DNA of 58,414 nucleotides, filler included, from Porpidia crustulata (lineage: Eukaryota), in assembly GCA_964255105.1 (NCBI GenBank). It is 6 parts of 6 records of this genome, joined end to end, with 100 filler letters (N's around TTAATTAATTAA, not from the genome) between each part and the next. Parts side by side here need not be neighbours in the genome. Positions count along the whole stretch, not along the records: positions 9,792 to 19,453 come from CAXUWE010000905.1; positions 19,554 to 29,211 come from CAXUWE010000906.1; 4 more parts are not named here. One strand, 5' to 3'. Below, piece by piece: positions 13,699-26,470 of the stretch. A model generated the notes under the pieces. It did no database searches, was not told the DNA's origin, and saw nothing but the letters and a program-made list of their open reading frames with translations. Position numbers and translations under genes: made by a program. Each line of letters starts with the position of its first letter. Within the stretch, counting starts at the first letter, position 1.

Positions 13699-13708
13699 NN
13701 NNNNNNNN
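13699..13708. other. 10-N intra-scaffold gap next to poly-C tracts
   Basis: Ns flanked by two divergent copies of the same poly-C-containing sequence. Confidence 0.9.
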
Positions 13709-14229
13709 CGTCGCGGTGCGGGACAATCCCCCAGACCCCGGTGGCAGCTGGACTCCCCCCCCCCGGTCCCCACTAGCCACAAAATACCCGGAATCACTGC
13801 GGTTGGTATTGGAAATGTTTCAGCTCGCTGGTGAGACGAAACTTCAAACGGACGAATCTGGATTCCTTTGATCATCTAGTATCCAGTTGAAGAGGTATGT
13901 CTCCGTATCGTTAAATAGTGCGGTGTCGGATCTCATTTGCTCAGCCTCGAGTGGCGCAGGTTTACGGGGAGTGCCGAGCGCTGTCTTAGGTTGCTATCTC
14001 CACGAGTAACCAGATCCTAGCTGTGGCTGGAGAGGTCTAGACATCGGAATCTGTAAAGACCGTTTGGCACATTCTACCTGCAACGTCAATTCATCGTCAC
14101 ATGCTACCGATGTGCTGAGGTGGCATCGTATGCCGCATTGATGCTTCAATGCCGGCAGAGCTGAAGCCAAACTCGCCACAGCATTGTTAGAGAACCCAAA
14201 TGAGATGAACGACATGATAATTGCGTATT

Positions 14230-15430
14230 CTATTGCGGATCCAAATACGGCAAATCGCCCAGCTTCTCCTGCAGTATCTGCATGCTCAGCCGCCACAGGT
14301 TCTCGCCTAGCTCCTCGTCTTGCGCTTGCTTCGACGGATCCGTGACTTTGCGATCGGGTACGATCTGCCATGATTCATCAGTACGGTGAGGAAATGAGAG
14401 CCAAAGTCACCTTTGGACTTACATATTGCCCCTGTATGCTTTCCGAGACTACATCTCCGCTCGTCGCCGCGAATAAGGCCGGCCTGCAACCGTCGTCCAC
14501 AGGATCCTTCAGGAACGGCCTGATCATCGCCACTCCCACCTTTGCTTTCGTGCCATACGCGTTAACCGCCTGGTCCTGCTGGTCGGTTTTCACGCCTCCT
14601 GGATGCACGGCGTTGATCCAAGGTCCAGTAGCCTTGGGGCTTTGAAACCCTGGCTCATTGTTGACCACACGACGTACCATGGCGCGTGCGATGAGGATTT
14701 GAGCGAGCTTGGTACGGGCGTACAGTGAGTTAGGACCAATGTCAGTGTTTATTTCCGCAACGGACGTGAAGTGTGTTTTTGAAAGGGGTACGCGGTGGAG
14801 ATCGGACGATTGAAAGACGAGGCGGGAATTGGGGGTTTTGTTGAGGATGGGGAGAAGCATCATGGCGAGATGGAATTGGGAGAGGTGGTTAACCTGGAAG
14901 TGAGAATCTACATTATCGTCAGTCCCGACCCATAGGATATTCTGAGCTAGATTACCGAGTCCATCGACAGTCTCGTTGTAGCTCCCGACGCCTTCTCCAG
15001 CGTTGCATATCAGCTGGTATGAATTAGCCGGTGCTTTCCACGCGAAAGTACAAAAAAGACTAACAGCATCGATCTTCTCCAAACCCGCCAATTTCTTCGC
15101 AACCTCATCCGTCTGTTTCAAGCTCTTTAGATTGCAATGCACCCATTCCACTCGACTAGTGTCTCCATATTTCTTGAGGGCCTCAATGGCTTCCTCCGCA
15201 TGCTCTTCCTTGTGTGAGAGCAAGTAGATTTTGGCTGCGTCGTGTTGGAGGATGTGGGCCGTGATGCCAAAGCCAATGCCTGCTGTGCCGCCTGTGATGA
15301 TGTACACCTGTACATATTTAGAGACACACTTAGCGCCACAATGGTGATACTAGAAGCACATTACCTTGCTGCTGAGTTCAGGAATGTCAGTATTGGGATC
15401 AAATTTGTTGCCGGTGATTAGATGAGCCAT
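14230..15430 (-). CDS. Short-chain dehydrogenase/reductase (retinol-DH/WWOX-like)
   Basis: Starts MAHLITGNKFDPNTDIPELSSK; TGGTAGIG Rossmann motif, HFQVNHLSQF, catalytic YARTK, AVHPGGVKT; last exon IVPDRKVTDPSKQAQDEELGENLW...PQ*. Confidence 0.9.
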
Positions 15431-16145
15431 GATGGCGCTTCGTTGAATCCACTGTTTTCGATTCGTGGCTATACGTTTCAACTCAATTAGATATGGCTGG
15501 ATCGTAACACTCTGCTTAAGCCATAAGAATAAGGTTGGAAGCAAAACACTTCATCTCCCATGCGTTCGGTGCATCGCCACATCACGGATATCGATGAGGT
15601 CATGAAAGACATGCACATGACGTCAGCGTGCTGGGCGAGAAGAATCCGATGTTTGAACCCAATATTGGGTGTAAAAGCTACATCAAGAGGAAAGCAAATC
15701 TACATCATGAGAGTACAGGTATGTATAAAAGAGTTCAAGAAGAGAAGAACGCTTTTGAGGGCTTTGATCCAAGGGAAGCAAATCAACCAATTGAAGAATA
15801 GAGGCTTTTTTATTTTGCGTTGATTAAATGATGAAGAAACGAGTCTCGTATCCATGCACTCCCACCAAAGTGTGTAAATATTTGGTAAAAGATGTATGCG
15901 AGTACGACTCCAGCATCAGATTATTGGCAAAATCGAATATGTGGTCGCTTATAAATTGATACAGTGGAGCAAAATAACACGTAGCGCTGATTACACTTAT
16001 ATTCCCTACCCGGGTGGCCAGTTCGTCCAATGGCTGATCAAGCCGTCGTATGTTGTCAATTGGCTTTGTGTACCGCGTAGATGCTTCAATCACTGCTTTG
16101 TGCATCCCACATCGCTGGACGTTGGCTTTCCTTCCACATATTGAA

Positions 16146-18991
16146 TCATCTGCGAGGACGTGCAGCCTCGTTAAAGCCTCTCGCATCCATGGTGATGGAC
16201 TCCAGCTGTTCCTGAAAGTCTTTCGTAATGCCAAGTACCGTCTTAAGATGCCGGATCCCCAGCCTCCCGTCTCCGTCAGACTCTTTCGCCCTACTTCGGG
16301 CCAGTGAAAGCGCCGATGAAACAACGTTGCGGATCTGTCGACCATTTAGCTTGTACTCGCTGCCGTATTCGTCAATGAAATCAAAAATGTCGCTGGTATC
16401 CCGAATGCTATCGGGATGGAGCTGCCGGAGGAAAATTCTAAAGATCTGCTGTTTTTGTTCTTTTGTCAAGTCGTCGTATCGAATTGCGAGATGAATACGC
16501 GACTGGACTGCAATGTCTATAGATGTAATACGGTTGGTTGTGAGAATCATGATACCATGGTAGTATTCAAGGACGCGAAGCAATACTGCACTGCATCAGT
16601 AACTGATTCTATAGAAAAGGTTGCTGCTTCCAAAATTATACCTGATACGAGGGCATTTCTGTTTGGTTCCGCGCCATGCGAGCGTGACTCCAGAAACACA
16701 TCGGCTTCGTCACTGATTTATGTTAATCGAAATGCTCGAAATCTTGCATACGTAGCAATATCAAACGTACACTAGCAGAACAGCTTCCCATTTGCCAGCA
16801 AGATAGAACATCTGTTCAAGATTCTTTTCCGCTTTGGAAGCATCGAGACCAATTTCGGCGACGCTGACAACGAAGAGGGGCTTCCCGGTAGCTTCGGCGA
16901 TGGTCTCTGCTGTGAGCTAAGTAATCCGTGTCAATACGATTGTCCAAGTTGTGCGATGTGATTGGGCGAATTACCGTCTTTCCCACTCCAGGAGGGCCTT
17001 GGAATGTCAGTGAGGTTTATCAGACGTAAAGGAACTACATGCGACTGACCATGTAATAACAACACAAGCCCTTTCCCTTTATTCGCGACAATATCTTTGA
17101 CTTGAGTTCTATCGCCAAGGTCATTCTCTCCTCGACCTTCGTGCTCGTCCACAAGAGCTTGGATCATCAACTTATATCGCTCCTCAAGTTGCAGTTCCTT
17201 TTTAAACATCGAAGGCTGCTTTCCTGGGGCGTCTAAGGTTTGGTCAACGCTAAATTGACCCCACATCTTCTCCTTGGTGGAGTATCCTAGGAATCGTGGG
17301 GGAAAAAGTATGAACTCGTCATGGTTGAGATCTTTTCCCACGTCATCCGCGGTAGCACGCGATCCGTCTGACTGCTCATTCAACTCTCCAACCCAACAGG
17401 GTTCCTTGTCCCCAAGTATGTGAATCCCAGCTCCTAGAATCTGTCAATTATACGTTCTGAAGCGGCTACGCGGAATAAGCAATACCGTATTGTAGGAACG
17501 CCTCGGTGTCCACAATAAACTTTCCTTGGATCTATCTCTTATATCAGCTCCGATAATTGAAAATTGTATTCTCAGCACCTACCAAGGCTGTTTTTCGATG
17601 CAATTGATCCCTTGAGCCTGCCACGTTCCTCTCATCATTGTTCAATGACCCGTTGTCATTCTCCTCCAGATTCAATAAGCTGTCGTTCCGATTTTAGGAC
17701 TCAATACTCACAGCGTCATTTTCCAAGGATCTGATAACACTTCGTCTATCGGACACGGCCTCCCCGTTGTATGAGTACATCTGTGTTGCGCCAGGTTTGC
17801 TACGGACTATTTTGTTGTATTTGGCCCCTCGCGTGTTCAACATTTTACAGAGCTCTTGTTCGTCTTGGTCGGTACCTCCCTTATGATATTTGATCGGGTA
17901 GCAAGGCAATTGATTGATATCTTTTGTGCCTCGAAATCTTTCAATTGGCAGATAGTAAAATATTTTGGTCATTTCCTTTCCATTCCAATCCCAACACCAC
18001 GCAAGTACGTTGAGTTTACGTGGTAAGGGCGAACCGTAGGGAATTGGTCCTGACTCAACTTCGAAGACCTGGAGCATGTTTAGAAATGGTCGTGCAACTA
18101 TTTTGGTCTTGGGAGGGAATAAAGTCCACATTGTCTCATAGGTTGTAATTGAGGCATTGAGGTTGGACTCTCTTGTCTTGAAGTACTTTTCGAGCTCTGG
18201 TGCGCCTTCCACGGTTTCGAGAAGCCGCGTCAGATCTTCGCGTGCTTGTTTCCTTGTTGGATCATTGGAGTTTGGAACTGCCGCATCTTGAAGCTTTCCC
18301 CAATTGTGAACCTAATCCGATAATCTAGTTTAGCAATCTGAAACGTTTATAAAAATGGGTTGAGACGCGCTTCGAAAGCGAGGTCTCGTGGCTTAATTGG
18401 CCAGCACTTACAAGGGCCGTGAACGGTGCGCTCATCTCAACAGTGTCTCCATCAAAGTTTTGGCCGGGGTAATCGGCGCCAATCTGCTCTTTGAGCAGCT
18501 CGCGAAGGCCATCGGCTTCGATATCAATCTCGCTAGTCCCGTCTTTAGTCCCGGTGTCTGCACCTGTTATCCTGCGGAAGGTAAACGCTATGTCGCCATT
18601 GTCTTCTGCTTTCTTGATTTCACCAAGATCGATATCTTCTTGAGCGCCTGTCTTTCTGTTGTATTGGCGAACAATGTTACGGTATCTTAACTTGGTCTTT
18701 TTCTCTTCCGGATTCGTCTCCACTGCGGATTTCAATTGGTTCTTTGGAGGCTAGCTTAAACATATTAGCCCACTTCTTGATCATGCAATTGTTGTGGAGA
18801 TCTAGCAATCTTGACTAATAACGTACAACATCATTCGATGCTTTGCTTTCTTCTTTCCCCTCAGAAGTACCTTTATTAACAGTCACCACTTGAGCCGGGT
18901 TTGAACCAGACTCGACGAGAGCTTCTAGCTGAGCAATGCGCTTCTCCAGCAGGTCCGCATATCGTTGCTGCCTATCCGGGTCCATTGTCAT
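16146..18991 (-). CDS. Fungal AAA+ ATPase with N-terminal DUF7025-like region (multi-exon)
   Basis: GKGLVLLLH|GPPGVGKT|LTAETIAE (Walker A), VLLV|DEADVFLESR (Walker B), RNALVS|VLLRVLEYYHGIMILTTNR, LNGRQIRN; N-terminal ITTYETMWTLFPP and WCWDWNG. Confidence 0.88.
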
Positions 18992-19453
18992 CTCCGTTGT
19001 CACCGGTGAGTTCTATGTACGGCGTCAACACGATATCTTCCTCCAAAACTTTAGAAATTAGCTTCGTTCATCCTCGAGTCTACAATGTCCATCACTGACA
19101 TGGATGGGCCTTTCGCAAACGTAGAAAAGTTGTCAATCTGGACCATTCTAGTCTAGGTTACTGTCGCTGCATGCAGCTATGTTAGTCTTGGATATCTGAG
19201 TCCTCAATAATCCGTCCCTGAAACGCTACAATGTGTGGGTGTCAACAACTAGTTTAACTCGACACATATCTGTAGTAACTCGATTATTTTTTAGTAAGAC
19301 GGAAATATCATAAGGCAGTTGCAACGACGAAGAATATGTCAACCCAAGAAGAGTTCAGCAGATATTTGGATTGAGAATGAATCCATCTCAAGCCAACAAG
19401 TATGATGAACCTGTGCCGCCTATGGATTGGTGCAAGCTTGACCAAGATTCTCA

Positions 19454-19553
19454 NNNNNNNNNNNNNNNNNNNNNNNNNNNNNNNNNNNNNNNNNNNNTTA
19501 ATTAATTAANNNNNNNNNNNNNNNNNNNNNNNNNNNNNNNNNNNNNNNNNNNN
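19454..19553. other. Artificial contig linker
   Basis: N44-TTAATTAATTAA-N44. Confidence 0.98.
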
Positions 19554-19586
<33 letters not shown>

Positions 19587-19821
19587 CGGTTGCTGGGTTT
19601 GTTTGGGTTTTGAAAATGATCTTTTTTGTCTTGATGATTTCGAAGGAGGTATGTTTTGGGTACGGCAAAGGCGGTTTTTGCAAAGAAGACGTAGCGTCTA
19701 GAATCTTCCTCATTTGAAAAGAGAAAGATTCGAGCCTAGGCGTTCGAAAAGATGGTATCCAAGCTATCTATATTATACATGAGACCGAGGGGTATAATTA
19801 CCTGAAACTTCCCTTTGGAGG

Positions 19822-21810
19822 TCAAAACTCAAGCTCCAATTCCGCGCGTAAATTTCCTTCTTCCGCTTCTATGTTCTCCAAGTATTCTTCATCCAGGCTC
19901 TCTAGGGGATCACAGGGTCCCGCCGTGGTGTAGAGTATTTTGATCGTCTGCCTATTTTTCTTTTCCATGCTCAGTGTTTCGATCATCATTTCTTGAAGCA
20001 GTTCAAGAAGATTGTTGATAGAGTCTTCCTCATTCGTATCATCGAACTGCTCAATGCCATCGATGATTATCATCAATGCTTTTGGGGCCAGTGGGATAAG
20101 GTTTTGGATGATGTTCAAGGCTTTGTCGAAGGATTTCAAAGAGCCGTTGAGTCTGGCAAAGCTGGACTTGCTAAAGTCGGACCTTGTCGTCACCTGGGTG
20201 GGAAGGAGGTCGATTGATTGGCGGATGAGGGAGTAAACGAGATCCATCAATGCGAGTACCTCGGGCTTGTCGACCTCGTTATCTTCCTTGTCATCTTCCT
20301 CGTCTTCGCTGTCGGTATTATCGCGACCGCTTCCGGCAACCCGATAATCGGAAAGATCGCAGAAAAAGCAGAGAACAGGGAGTTTGGCCGCGATTGCCAT
20401 AGATGCAACGTTGCCTGCGACTGAAGAGGTTGTAGACGGGCAAACATCTTCGTAAGGACCTTGGACCCAGAGGCTTGTCGACGTGCCGACTTGACTCCAA
20501 TCTTGGATGCTTTCAACGACTGGGGAATTCATTAACGACACATCCGTGTCCCGATCTTCCAACGCGTCGAGTGTGATTGATGTATAATAATCCAAGTGAC
20601 GTGACCACATTTGGAGGTCATGCTTTGCATACTTCATCTTCGGTCCTGCCAGAGAGTGATGTTAGTTGGAAAATACATCGCTAAGTTGAAATATACTTGC
20701 TAGGACTTCTAGTGCGTTCACGGCGGCCGTTCTGTCCCTTTCCCTCAATCAAAAGCCTCTTTGTATTGACACCCTTCTCTGTCTGGGCGTTAGCTAAGAC
20801 TCTCAAGCGCGGCTGTGTTTCAATCTACCGTGTGAATCAAAGTTCGGAAGGTGAAGTTCCGGATCGAATCGCCAAGCTTCAGTGCAACTGCGTAACATTC
20901 GGAGCATGTTTTGGCCAATTACTTGCCAATCATCATTCTTCTGCCTCTCTTCCTGTAATGAAGCCCAAGCTCGAGAATTCTGTTGGGCCATCTGATCAAC
21001 CACTAGCCTCAAATCGCGAAGCTCTGCTCGAGACTTTAAATTCCCCTTCTTCTGCAGCCAATCTGAAAGACTCTTTATCTTAATTATCTGCTCCTCGGAT
21101 CTGTCGTAAAAGCTCTCATTAAATGAATTTAGCAGTTTTTTCATTGATCTGGACTCATACCATTCCATCGCTGACTTGAAAAAATCGAAAATATGCGAGT
21201 AGAGAGTACCAATCGTTTGCCGCATGTCCTCGACGTACATGAGCTTAACGTTCTCGACACAAAGATCGATTTCCGAGCTGATTTCGTCCAAGGCTTTTCC
21301 AAGGCCTTTCGAGATCCTCTGATGTTTGGCGGATGCCTAGGGAAAATAGTAAGTCTGAACCCATCCTGTAGATGGACTATGGCAAGAGTCTTATAGAGTA
21401 TACCCACTTCGAGCAGTGAGGTAAAAAGCCCCGCAAAATATAGACAAGTATTGGTTCTGGCTGGGAAGCATGCTTAATATATTGGAATGGCCTTGGAGCG
21501 AATCGCAGAACGAGTGGAACAGCTTTTGCGGCTTGACGCCAAGCAAACGATCTTTCTCTTTCCATTTTCGCTCAATATCGCGAACGGCCACTGCGACATC
21601 ATTCAGACCTGGCTTTCCTCCATCTTGTCCTTCAATCTACCATCGCTTGGAGGTCGACACGCTGGCGGTCTTCCTCCAAAATTTCTTCGTGCGCTTCGTC
21701 TTATCGTCCTCAACCTCCGTCTCTAGAAACTGCGAGAACGACGCCCATTGTTGCTTAACGCCATTAGTGGCGCTGAAGAAGGACTTCCCCGCCCATGAAA
21801 AGCCGATTGT
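19822..21810 (-). pseudogene. Helical N-terminal domain (DUF7708-like) plus degenerate NACHT-like domain; disrupted by an in-frame TAG and an apparent +1 frameshift; 5' end unresolved
   Basis: Spliced reading ...FHSFCDSLQGHSNILSMLPSQNQYLSIFCGAF(fs)TSLLE|ASAKHQRISKGLGKALDEISSEI...LWVQGPYEDVCPSTTS...PVLCFFCD...LVYSLIRQ...LMIIIDGIEQFD. TAG at 21639-21637; a T5 run at 21427-21423 shifts the frame before the gtgggt donor. Confidence 0.6.
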
Positions 21811-22200
21811 CTAAGAACACTTCATATCTAGGGTAACATGATGCTCAATTCTTATAAAAATATACTTTGTATGATACTAGGCACGTCGTGGTTGATTTTT
21901 TTGGCTAGGGTTGTCAGCTCTACCCACCATTATCAGGATCGTGGTGGGATAGGCGCTTCCACTGTCTCAGCCGCAGATAAACCACGATAAATACTATTTC
22001 TTCGAGTTGACGTTATTGAATAATGGAAAAATCCTCTCATCTTTACTCCTGCCGTCTGCCACAATAAAAGCGACTAGTGGATCGCGCAAACTCTCTTACA
22101 TATGACTAAGGATATTTACAGAATCGTGGAAATTCCGGTCGTCGATTTAGTATATTCCACGCCACGACTATCCACATTAATATAGATACGGTCTCCAACG

Positions 22201-25200
22201 ATGCCTCCAAGTGTGCAATTGCCCAATGGGACTTCTAAAGTAGCTCAGCGGTTTGATAAAAGCCCTTCTGACTATGATACTGATCATATAAGCCCCGACG
22301 TCCAGGGACTTCCAAGTCCATACTCTACTCCCAACAGCTCCAAGCTTCCAATTGATGATGAAATTCAAGCAGAGGCAGGAGAGAGCCTTTCACTCGGCGA
22401 AGACTCTCAGGCAAGGATTGTTTACTCCGTTTAGTACAGAGACGGGCATGGCCGGATACTCAAAGCAGAGACAGCTGATCATCCACTTGACGCCCCGAAC
22501 ATACCTACTCACTATACTGTTCTAGAGATTTCTAGTATTTTGACAGGCGTAAGTAGACAAGACTCTGACTCTAAATCATCCTCTGAGGCTGAAGGAGTGG
22601 TGGGGAATTTCCATGCAGCAGATGCATTGTATAATTCGCAGCCATACAATATCAGCTCCAAAACTATAACAGTCCACTCTTCAAAGCTAGCCAACGCATT
22701 ACGTGCTGTCGTACGGTACTCGCCAAGTCAATCGCTATTTGGTCGATCGATCGCCTTCAGAGCGCCGTACAGTACTCTATTCCATCATTCCGCAGCGCTC
22801 AAAGCCTACCGAGATACCCACCCTGCTTGCCACTCTGACGAGTACAAGCGTGAATGTAACGATGACATTGATCTATTGCTTGACGTCCTCGAACGTGAGA
22901 AACCTGAAGTCACGGCAGAGAAGGAGAGGTACAAAAGGTCTCGGCCTGTGTGTAGCTTTAATCTACTATGGCTACTTTTCAAGCCAGGAGAAGCCTGTTA
23001 TCGCACGTCAGAGACAGGCGAAAGGTCTGCCTATATCATTAGAGCAGTCACAGGTGGCTCATTCAAAGGGCAGCCGGCACCCTACAAGATAGACATGTGG
23101 CAATTCAATTTTGATGGCTACTAGATTGGTCGTGAGATATCCAAAGTAGTAATTGCGCCATTCTTTGGTGAGAAAGAGATCGCGTATCTGGAATGTTTTC
23201 CTTGCAAATTCCACGAAGACAGTGCTGAAGATCTGAAGCATAACACGACTCTACGTCAAAGACTTGTTGCGAGAGGAGAGAGGTTCTGGAGGATGACGAA
23301 AGGCAAACCTTACGTCGAGTATGATGGCGTTAGCCTAGTATACCCCTACGAAACCGTAAGCATGTTCTAGGAAGGAAAAATTCAAGCCATCCTGTTTGCA
23401 AAAGTTCGAAGTCCGATCGCAGCCCCTATGAATGTAGTCCAGATTCCTTCCATGCATGAACTCTATCCGTGTATTTATCGGATGCTGACAGCTTAGCAAG
23501 ATCAGGAGCCGCGTTGTGATTGACCCCGAAACCTTTTCCAGCTCGCCACAATACTTTGAAGACCTCGATAAGATGAATAAGAAAATGGACATGCTCAAGC
23601 CTCATCTGATTGGTCTTGAACCGCCCCGCAATACTCACTCTTTCCAACAAACTCACGATGACCGAGGAATGAAAGCGATGACCTTGAATGGAGACATAGT
23701 GATCTTCACCGGATGTCAATGCGACGCTTGCAGCATGGCTCGATTGACTATTGGGCAAAGCTACGAGAATTTTGCTGCTTACGCTCAGCTAATACACCCA
23801 ACGGAAAGCCCCCCTAATCGAGATGAATTCTTCTTTCTGTGCGATTACAAGGTCGTCGCTTATGTTCTGCGAGAAGGAATATGGAGTAAGTACAAATCCG
23901 AGTCTTCACCACAGAATCATATTTTTAGGGCAGAAGCTTAGATTAGCTGCAGCACTATTGAACGTCACACATGTGAAAGAAGTCATGAGTCGGTCGAATG
24001 CATTTGATCATTTGGTGCTGGAGCCTGAGCTCAAAGCGATCGTTGAGGGCTTATCTAGATCCTATTCTCGACGGAAGCGGCTGGAACAGATGCCGGTCAC
24101 TACAGACTTCATCAGGGGTAAAGGGGAGGGCCAGGTCTTCTTGCTGCATGGGCCACCGTAAGCAAAATCTCTTGAAAAACGTTAATTGAAATTTGACCAC
24201 AACCAGTGGTGTTGGTAAAACCGCTGCGGCAGAAGCAATAGCAGATTATACGAAGCGGCCGCTTCTGGCATTGACGTGTGGCGGTCTTGGGACTTACACC
24301 AACGAAGTCGAGAAGAAACTTCGGCAATATCTCGACTGGGGCGAGTTATGGGGGGCCGTGGTTCTTCTTGATGAAGCGGATATCTATCTCGAGAAAAGGA
24401 ACCTCACAGACGTCCATCGCAATAGTCTAGTATCAGTCTTCCTTAGAGCACTAGAGTACTTCAAAGGCCTACTCTTTCTCACCACAAACCGGGTCACAAC
24501 TCTCGACGAGGCCTTCACCTCCCGGATCCACGTCGCCCTCCACTATCGAAAACTTCAAGATTCGGAACGTAGAGAGATATGGCTCAATAGCTTCGAGCGA
24601 CTTGAGCCTAATAGAGTCAAGGTCGCTAAAGCGGTTCAGAGGTACGCGTGCGACAGCAAAGATGTCTTGAGCCTCGAGTGGAACGGGCGCGAGATCCGTA
24701 ACGCGTTTCAAACCGCCATCTCGCTAGCCGAATTCGATGCCGAGGAAGACGGTGAAGAGCTCGTCACGGTCCGCAAGGAGCACTTGGAAAAGGTCGTGCA
24801 CCTGTCCGCGCACTTCCAGGACTACCTTGCCACCATGCATCGCGGCAAGTCGGAGTCGGAGATCGCGAAGAAACGAGGCCTGCGCAATGATTCCTATGGC
24901 GAGGCGCCTAAGGGAAGGGATAAGAAACCTCTCTTCCGGAACAAGGTCGACGAGGACAAAGATGAGGATGAGGATGAAGAAGATGACAGGCAACGGAGGA
25001 AGGCCAATAAAGCATCTCGCCAGAAATCAAACCGCCGCAAGGATACCGACGAGGACTCGGGAGAGGGAGCATCAAGGAAAACAGGCAGAGGGAAGAAGCC
25101 CATCAGGCATAGTAATAGTGACGACGAGGAATCAGAAGTAGCCCACCCCAAAAATCCCAAGAAACCTAAGAAACCTCAGGGGTCCGACGAAGAATCAGAA

Positions 25201-25413
25201 GTAGCCCATCCCAAGAATCCCAAGAAACCTAAAAAACCTCGGGGGTCCGACGAAGACGAAGACAAAGTATCGGAGAGTAACCTCGTCAGTAAACCCTCGA
25301 AAAGCAAAAAAGTTCTACCCATGGACGACGAAGAGGAAGAGGAACCAATAGGAAAGAAAGTAGCGAAGAAACCCACTCGCCCGCGCCTTGGTGATGACGA
25401 GGAAACCGATTGA
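22201..25413 (+). pseudogene. Fungal AAA+ ATPase (DUF7025-like N-terminus, charged low-complexity tail) with two in-frame TAG codons
   Basis: One frame runs 22201-23355, broken only by TAG 22432-22434 and 23122-23124. Three introns follow; LLHGPP|GVGKT, VVLLDEADIYLEKR, FLRALEYFKGLLFLTTNR and WNGREIRNAFQTA are intact. Confidence 0.8.
25123..25256 (+). repeat. 63-bp intragenic tandem duplication (DEESEVAHPKNPKKPKKP[Q/R]GS)x2
   Basis: Copies begin at 25123 and 25186. Confidence 0.9.
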
Positions 25414-26470
25414 ATGTGGAGGCGGTAGCAGGTTATTGGATTAGGTCTGAGCGTCTAGGGGTAGATGTTTCCAGTTGCATATCGTAGTCTCTTCGTAGAC
25501 CAACCGAGGAAAATAAAAGTACGTCATTCCTTTTCCATTGTCGGGCCATCACATCCATCATCAAATTCTCAACGACGGATCAGTACTCCAAAGCAGAATT
25601 ATACAATATAATAAGAAATGAAAGTACAAACATCGCTTTCAATCTCGTGGACGTAAGAAATTTCGCGGTCGTAGTCGCCAATTCACCAAATCCGACAAGC
25701 ACATACCGCACCAATCATCAAAGGCCGTGATGAACCATCAAGTCTCATGCTGAAAGAATGAACATTTCCTGCCACCCTCAGCCAAGATCGGATATGACCA
25801 ATGGTAGATTGCGCGGAGAGTCCAGATTGCGAAGCATTCGGCACGTACCTATTTCATTGTCGGGTTCATGGGATGAGATGTGTATAATTGCAAGACATGA
25901 GTCGCCAATTGTAGAGTGCAACAGTATTGAGCAATGAAACAGCTGGAAAGTAAGCCAAGTCCACGTCTCATAAACAGAAACGAAGGCATCCATCATGTCC
26001 GGGAAAAGATCGGCTGTCGTGTGACCGTAACCATTTGTCTCTGAGTATGCGTAGCTTAGACTATACGTACAATTCTGGTGATAGTCATACATCTCGAGAT
26101 TTGCCAATACTGTGTGGACAGATGACCATGTTTGAGACCGAATACATTCGAGGATGACGAATCCTATTCCAAGGAATTGGGGCTGTGCAAGGAGTCAAAG
26201 CTCTTCAAATCCGGCCCTCCACAATTGCGTTCTTGTCTGGGATTTATATCTGACACGACTATCTTCTTTCTCAAAAATTTGAAATACTCACGAATAGCTG
26301 CATTCTATATATCTAGCTTGTTGAAACGTCAGTCTCATTTAAACGCCGACAAATCATTCGAGGCACGGCGCCGCGATTCTATGCGCCAAGCTATTTATCC
26401 CGCAGGGCCGCAAGGCTGCCGTTGAAACTCCGACCCTCGACCTTATTTCACAATAAGCAAAGCGCGCAGA

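Noticed and set aside
13580..13790. Apparent ~80-bp tandem duplication around the 10-N gap
   Set aside because: The copies flank a gap and diverge around a poly-C run, as expected for low-quality overlapping read ends.
19554..19585. Long poly-C tract and the poly-Gly ORF 19498..19713
   Set aside because: It is at a contig edge and the ORF crosses the linker; probably a sequencing or assembly artefact.
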